A stretch of DNA of 64,000 nucleotides. Origin: Malacoraja senta (taxonomy: Eukaryota). The notes below the pieces were generated by a model. It saw only the letters and a list, made by a program, of their open reading frames with translations. It was not told the origin of the DNA and did no database searches. The stretch is taken from assembly GCA_038087875.1 (NCBI GenBank), contig CM075981.1, forward strand, positions 82,398,001 to 82,462,000. The letters are read 5' to 3'. Position numbers and translations under genes: made by a program. The first letter of the stretch is position 1. Each line of letters opens with the position of its first letter. This document shows positions 57,066 through 64,000 of the stretch, piece after piece.

Positions 57066-59472
57066 GCCTCTAACCAGTGCTACTAGAATTCGGAACAAAA
57101 GTGCTTGACGGAAGTCATCAACTGAAGATGTACAGTATTTTCTATAAACATCAAAAACTGCTCCACAGACTGAATATTAATTGGATTCTTAGGTCAACAT
57201 ACAGTACCTTACCCCCAATGAAGTAACTTTGAAGCATAGCTGCCATTTGAAGTTAGGAAGCAGTCAGCTTACATAGATACAAGCTTTCTTGGTCAAAAAC
57301 CTTGGCCATCGGAGCAAGCTCTGATTTGTTCTGTACCTTTTCATATCTCTAGTTTCCCTCTCCCCTGACTCTCAGTCTAAAAAGGGGTCTCAATCTGAAA
57401 TGTGACCTATTCCTTTTCTCCAGAGATGCTGCCTGACCCAATGAGCTACTCCAACATTTTGTGTCTATCTTCGGTGTAAACCAGCATCTGCAGTTCCTTC
57501 CTAAACAATTTTTATACCTTTTTTGGGGTAAGGGAGTTAAAATATTGACAAATCACCAGAACAAGTGCCATGAGATCTTTCACTTGACAAAGCAGACAAG
57601 TCATTGGATTAATGGCTCGTTTACATTGTGTGATTGAGACCACAGCCTACCGACACAAATGCTGCCAAATGAACCACACCTGACACCAACACTCAAAATA
57701 TCAGTCAATTGCCAACCTGCCGATAATTGTTGATCTGAAACTATGTGGTTGGGAAGGTCCTTCCTGCTACTAAACAGCAGATACTCCATCAGTGTTGGGT
57801 TTTGTAATGGCAGCTTGGATGCCAATTCAGCGATGCACATTGAATGACATCACAATCTGCCTATTATGTACACATTCAGCATATTTTTGCATATATAAGC
57901 ATTATTTATTGGTATGAATAATTAGGAAAAGAAAAATAATAGCTGGGGATATGATGAAATTATTAATCGGAACATTTGTATTTTAGCAAATGTGTGCGGA
58001 TATGGAATTATTAGGTGAAGATGGATGTGAGTACTTTAATGTTTGGCTATTGGGTATTTTGTATACAAGTTTATATACAGGATGATGCTTTATATCTGAT
58101 GCTAGATTTGAAATACATGTGGACTTTTCATCTATTTGTGCATACTTTTCAGTGTGCATGTATTTGTAAGTAGAATTTTAATATTTTTGTGAGATATTTC
58201 CGATATGATTACGGATGTGTTGTCACAGACTTTATTTTGCCGATCTGAATTCAATATTTTATTTGTCTGGATAAGATATTTTGGATTTGGACGAGAAGCT
58301 TAGTGTAGCAGTTCTGTAGTACAATCCAACACGTCTTCTAGATAAAAATATACAGAGAATAAGTTATGAATTTACGCTTAATTCACTGTTCAGCCATATG
58401 CCATTTTACGCAGCTGTGTATCTTTTGCCACAGGTTCTGATTGGTATGCAAATCAATCCTATTGTTTGCAATAACATTAAAGTGGAAGAATTGGAAAATT
58501 TTCATTTGCATAGCTCCTTTTACAAATACAGAACTTCCATAAATACATCCACACTTCACGCTGCCTTGGGAAAGCAGCCAACATAACCAAGGAACATTTT
58601 CATCATGTTATTCCATCTTCTTCCTTCTGCCATCAGGCAGAAGATATAAAAGCATGAAATCATATACCACCCCTTTCAGGAATGCTTCTCTCCCGCTTTT
58701 TTCAGACCACTGAACAACCTCTCATGGTATGGTCCCATTCTTGCAACTTACCTCAGTGCCAACTTTGCACTTTTTCTCTGTAATTGAAATGTTATAATGC
58801 TGTAACATTATATCCCTCTCTCTGGTATTTTTTGTCTTTGCACTACCTGTTGTACTTGTGAGAAAAAAGATGCCAGTACACATACAAGAGTTTACATGGC
58901 GCTATTGGCTGTTGTACATGAATGTAGTTTTTAACTTTGTAGAGGTACGATACACTGAATCAGCGCATGCCATCACAAAGGGAGCACTGCCCACAACAAT
59001 ACCAACCTCCTAAGGCCAAGTCATGATGGGCAATGAAGCCCATTGCCACCATGCCAGTGCCAGTGACACCATGGCAGTGACACCATGCCCTAAGAATGAA
59101 ATGAAATGAAGTAAAAGCTTTTTCTTCTTCTTGAGTCCTAAATTCAAGAGCCTTTCGTTTTGATTTTTAAATGACAAATACAGTGCCAGTAAATCATAAG
59201 GCTGATTATGTGCATTGTGGCTTGAAGTAATATGCACAAGTTTCAAGATTTATTAATAGGAATGAATGTATACTTGATTTTGATTAAAAAAATAATGGAT
59301 ATAGTTCCAAATAGAATATAAATATGATTTATATAACTTTGTGCATAAGTAATATCTGGAAATTGTTCACATGTTTTGATGTCAATATTACTCAATTGCC
59401 ATAAAAACCCAGCTGGAGAAGAGATCTGTTGTTCTTATCTGATGTAGCCTAAGCATGGCTCCAAACCAACCA

Positions 59473-61330
59473 ATAGAAACATAGAAACATAGAAAATAGG
59501 TGCAGGAGTAGGCCATTCGGCCCTTCGAGCCTGCACCGCCATTCAAAATGATCATGGCTGATCATCCAACTCAGTATCCTGTACCTGCCTTCTCTCCATA
59601 CCCCCTGATCCCTTTAGCCACAAGAGCCACATCTAACTCCCTCTTAAATATAGCCAATTAACTGGCCTCAACTACCTTCTGTGGCAGAGAATTCCACAGA
59701 TTCAGCCTGTGTGAAAAATGATTTTCTCATCTCGGTCCTAAAAGACTTCCCCCTTATCTTTAAACTGTGACCCCTTGTTCTGGACTTCCCCAACATCGGG
59801 AACAATCTTCGTGCATCTAGCCTGTCCAACCCCTTAAGAATCTTGTAAGTTTCTATAAGATCCCCCCTCAATCTTCTAAATTCTAGCGAGTACAAGCCGA
59901 GTCTATCCAGTCTTTCTTCATATGAAAGTCCTGCCATCCCAGGAATCAGTCTGGTGAACCTTCTCTGTACTCCCTCTAGGGCAAGAATGTCTTTCCTCAG
60001 ATTTGGTGACCAAAACTGTACGCAATACTCCAGGTGTGGCCTCACCAAGACCCTGTACAACTGCAGTAGAACCTCCCTGCTCTTATACTCAAATCCTTTT
60101 GCTATGAATGCTAACATACCATTCGCTTTCCTCACTGCCTGCTGCACCTGCATGCCTACTTTCAATGACTGGTGTACCATGACACCCAGATCTCGTTGCA
60201 TCTCCCCTTTTCCTAATCGGCCACCATTCAGATAATAGTCTACTTTCCTGTTTTTGCCACCAAAGTGGACAACCTCACATTTATCCACATTATACTGCAT
60301 CTGCCATGCATTTGTCCACTCACCCAACCTATCCAAGTCACCTTGCAGCCTCCTAGCATCCTCCTCACAGCTAACACTTCCCCCCAGCTTCGTGTCATCC
60401 GCAAACTTGGAGATGTTGCATTCAATTCCCTCATCCAGATCATTAATATATATTGTAAATAACTGGGGTCCCAGCACTGAGCCTTGCAGTACCCCACTAG
60501 TCACTGCCTGCCATTCTGAAAAGGACCCGTTTACTCTTACTCTTTGCTTCCTGTCTGCCAGCCAGTTCTCTATCCACATCAATACTGAACCCCAATACCG
60601 TGTGCTTTAAGTTTGCATACTAATCTCTTATTTGGGACCTTGTCGAAAGCCTTCTGAAAGTCCAGATATAACACATCCACTGGTTCTCCCTTTATCCACT
60701 CTACTAGTTACATCCTCGAAAAATTCTATAAGATTCGTCAGACATGATTTACCTTTCATAAATCCATGCTGACTTTGTCCAATGATTTCACCACTTTCCA
60801 AATGTGCTGCTATCCCATCTTTAATAACTGACTAGCATTTTCCCCACTACCGATGTTAGACTAACTGGTCTGTAATTCCCCGTTTTCTCTCTCCCTCCCT
60901 TTTTAAAAAGTGGGGTTACATTAGCTACCCTCCAATCCTCAGGAACTATTCCAGAAGCTAAAGAGTTCTGGAAAATTATCACTAATGCATCCACTATTTC
61001 TGGGGCTACTTCCTTAAGTACTCTGGGATGCGGCCTGTCTGGCCCTGGGGATTTATCGGCCTTTAATCCATTCAATTTACCTAACACCACTTCCCGTCTA
61101 ACTGGGATTTCACTCAGTTCCTCCATTTCATTTGACCTCCGGTCCCCTGCTATTTCCGGCAGATTATTTATGTTTTCCTTAGTGAAGACAGAACCAAAGT
61201 AGTTATTCAATTGGTCTGCCATATCCTTGTTCCCCATGATCAATTCACCAGTTTCTGACTGCAAGCGACCTACATTTGTTTTAACTAATCTTTTTCTCTT
61301 CACATATCTATAAAAACATTTGCAGTCAGT
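59473..61330 (-). mobile_element. HER1/CR1 LINE, 5'-truncated, close relative of 1294-3892
   Basis: ORFs 59668..60582 and 60821..61303; (ATGTTTCT)n tail. Confidence 0.93.
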
Positions 61331-62146
61331 ATGTACTTGCTAGGCTTTTTGCTGTGTGGGGGATTCAAGTAGCCCTGGTAAACCATGTGCAGGAACTTTG
61401 ACCAGGTGTGTAGGCTGTTAACCTTATGGGGCTGTGGAGACCAGCTCTGTGAATCCACCTCAGGTATATCTCCTTTAGGTAAAGAAGCTTCCCTGCATGC
61501 TTTTGGATCTCGTGCTCTCCTGAAATTCCTACTCCGTTGAACAAAATGTTTGTTGTTACACTGCAAATTGATGTCCATTGTGACTTACCAGATACCTTCC
61601 CGGTCCACCTATATCCCTCTCTCTAGCTTTATATTTCTCTCCTCATTCACGCCTTTTCTTATCTGACACCCTTTTGTCTCCTTGTTTTCTTTTTGTCTCC
61701 TTCATTCTTGTTTTGTCCCCATTTGTCACCATTTTGTCTCCTTATCATCTCAAGCTTTTGTCTACCCATCAGGCATTAAACCCCGCCCCCCTTCATCTCT
61801 ACCCACCTATCACGGACGGAGATGAAGAATAATGGAGGTCCTGGCATGGGGGGACCGCCGTGAGGCGGGGAGAAGAACAATGGACAATAAGGGGGGGGGA
61901 GATAAAGGACAATGTGTGGCAATAAAGTATTCCTATTCCTTCCTTCCTATTCCACTTGCTAGGCTTTGTCCCACCCCCACTTCTTCCAGTTTTCTCCTCC
62001 ATGCTACTACCGTCTGAAGAAATGTCCTGACCCGAAACATAATCTAGACATGTGCCTGACTCGCTAAGATACTCCAGCACTTGGTGTTCTAATAGATGCC
62101 TTATAATTGCTGGATATGTGTTTCTTCACATTATTTTGGATATTTG

Positions 62147-63172
62147 AAGCGTAGGATCACCAGGTTAATTCCCGGGATGGCGGGACTGTCATATGTTGAT
62201 AGAATGGAGCGGCTGGGCTTGTATACTCTGGAATTTAGAAGGATCAGAGAGGATCTTATTGAAATATATAAGATTATTAAGTGTTTGGACACGCTAGAGG
62301 CAGGAAACATGGGGCCACAGTTTAAGAATAAGGGGTGAGCCATTTAGAACGGAGATGAGGAAATGCTTTTTCACACAGAGAGTTGTGAGTCTGTGGAATT
62401 CTCTGCTTCAGAGGGCGGTGGAGGCCGGTTCTCTGGATGCTTTCATGAGAGAGTTAGATAGAGCTCTTAAAGATAGCGGAGTCAAGGGATATGGGGAGAA
62501 GGCAGGAACGGGGTACTGATTGTGGATGATCAACCATGATCACATTGAATGGCGGTGCTGGCTCATAGAAACATAGAAACATAAAAAATAGGTGCAGGAG
62601 GAGGCCATTCGGCCCTTCGAGCCAGCACCACCATTCATTGTGATCATGGCTGATCGTCCCCTATCAATAACCCGTGCCTGCCTTCTCCCCATATCCCTTG
62701 ACTCCACTAGCCTCTAGAGCTCTATCTAACTCTCTCTTAAATCCATCCAGTGACTTGGCCTCCACTGCCCTCTGTGGCAGGGAATTCCATAAATTCACAA
62801 CTCTGTGGGTGAAAAAGTTTTTTCTCACCTCAGTCTTAAATGACCTCCCCTCTATTCTAAGACTGTGGCCCCTGGTTCTGGACTCGCCCAACATTGGGAA
62901 CATTTTTCCTGCATCTTGCATGTCCAGTCCTTTTATAATTTTATATATTTCTATAAGATCCCCCCTCATCCTTCTAAACTCCAGTGAATACAAGCCTAGT
63001 CTTTTCAATCTTTCCTCATATGACAGTCCTGCCATCCCAGGGATCAATCTCGTGAACCTACGCTGCACTGCCTCAATCACAAGGATGTCCTTCCTCAAAT
63101 TAGGAGACCAAAACTGTACACAATACTGTGCTCGAAGGGCCAAATGACCGACTCCTGCACCTATTGTCTATT
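62147..63172. mobile_element. Plus-strand HER1 3' fragment with a minus-strand HER1 (62565-63128) inserted in its 3' UTR
   Basis: ggtgctggctc|insert|gctcgaagggcc; ORF 62664..63143. Confidence 0.85.
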
Positions 63173-63489
63173 ATCATCACAAACTTATCAGAGAGTTTGT
63201 TGATTAATTCTGACTACTAAATGAATTACATAGTTGTCAAGTTATTTTAACTAATCTAGTTCTTAATTGAAAGGTAGGATTCTTGATTAAATATTGTTAA
63301 AGATTATTGGCACTAGCAAATAATATGAGCAAAAAACCAAGGCTGTGTTTTCACCGTACAGCAGCAGATGGCGCTCTATTATTGCCAGAGAGGTCATGCT
63401 CTCAGAGGTAATTTCTGATCACGCATGCTAATGGAGTTTGTGCAGGTGGAAGCAGCCTTGAGTTCAGACTAACTCTTCACCAAAGAGAA

Positions 63490-64000
63490 TAGAATACAAA
63501 AAGGACGGGTTGCACTTGAACCCGAGGGGGACCAATATCCTACTGGGGAGACTTTAAACTAGAACGGTTGGGGGGAGGGACTCAAATAGAGAAAGCTAGT
63601 AGACAGTGTGTGAGGCAGGAGGCAGAGAAGGGAAGCGCTCAGACCCAACATGTAGGGGGGAAAGAAAAAAAAATAATAAACAGAGAATAAGAGGTGGTGG
63701 GTTTCTTAAATGTGTGAGCAGAGAGACAGAGGGTGTAAAAGGAGGGTAGAAGCAATAGGTAGCAAGGTAAAAAGTAAAAGTGGCAGGCAGACAAATCCAG
63801 GGCAAAAATCAAAAAGGGCCACTTTTCAACATAATTGTATAAGGGGTAAGAGTGTTGTAAAAACAAGCCTGAAGGCTTTGTGTCTCAATGCAAGGAGCAT
63901 TCGTAATAAGGTGGATGAGTTGAATGTGCATATAGCTATTAATGATTATGATATAGCTGGGATCACGGAAACATAGCTCCAGGGTGACCAAGGCTGGGAG
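63490..64000 (+). mobile_element. CR1 LINE, end of ORF1 and start of ORF2 APE, running off the window
   Basis: DGLHLNPRGTNIL; LCLNARSIRNKVDEL...DIAGITET. Confidence 0.85.

Noticed and set aside
49800-64000. Upstream SMG1 exons (expected VLVKQLDNIL...VLNES)
   Set aside because: Not found by eye; they may lie in the gap or beyond the window

Overview
Eukaryotic (vertebrate) genomic DNA. The repeat content (HER1-type CR1 LINEs with ATGTTTCT tails, HE1/V-SINEs, abundant Penelope ends) points to a cartilaginous fish; this is inference. The minus strand carries 30 consecutive coding exons (49795 down to 4940) of SMG1, the PIKK kinase of nonsense-mediated decay. They encode the N-terminal HEAT/ARM and FAT-proximal region, and the gene extends beyond the window on both sides. 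All splice sites are GT-AG and the phases chain correctly, except that the first exon in the window is 1 nt short and reads into a TAG. The introns are packed with mobile elements: a near-complete DIRS1-type tyrosine-recombinase retrotransposon (29067-34159), a truncated Gypsy element, CR1, Rex/Babar and L1/Tx1 LINE fragments, SINEs, hAT elements with 8-bp and 7-bp TSDs, Helitron ends, and many short Penelope-derived insertions carrying hammerhead-ribozyme cores. A 200-N gap lies at 52467-52666. Best leads: (1) an in-frame U_UUU_UUA slippery site plus hairpin at the DIRS gag/pol overlap, with a 5' splice donor and acceptors before each ORF; (2) palindromic, TSD-flanked hammerhead mini-elements; (3) the SMG1 frameshift; (4) a 7-bp-TSD transposon family. 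All calls are by eye and from recalled family knowledge; no searches were run.
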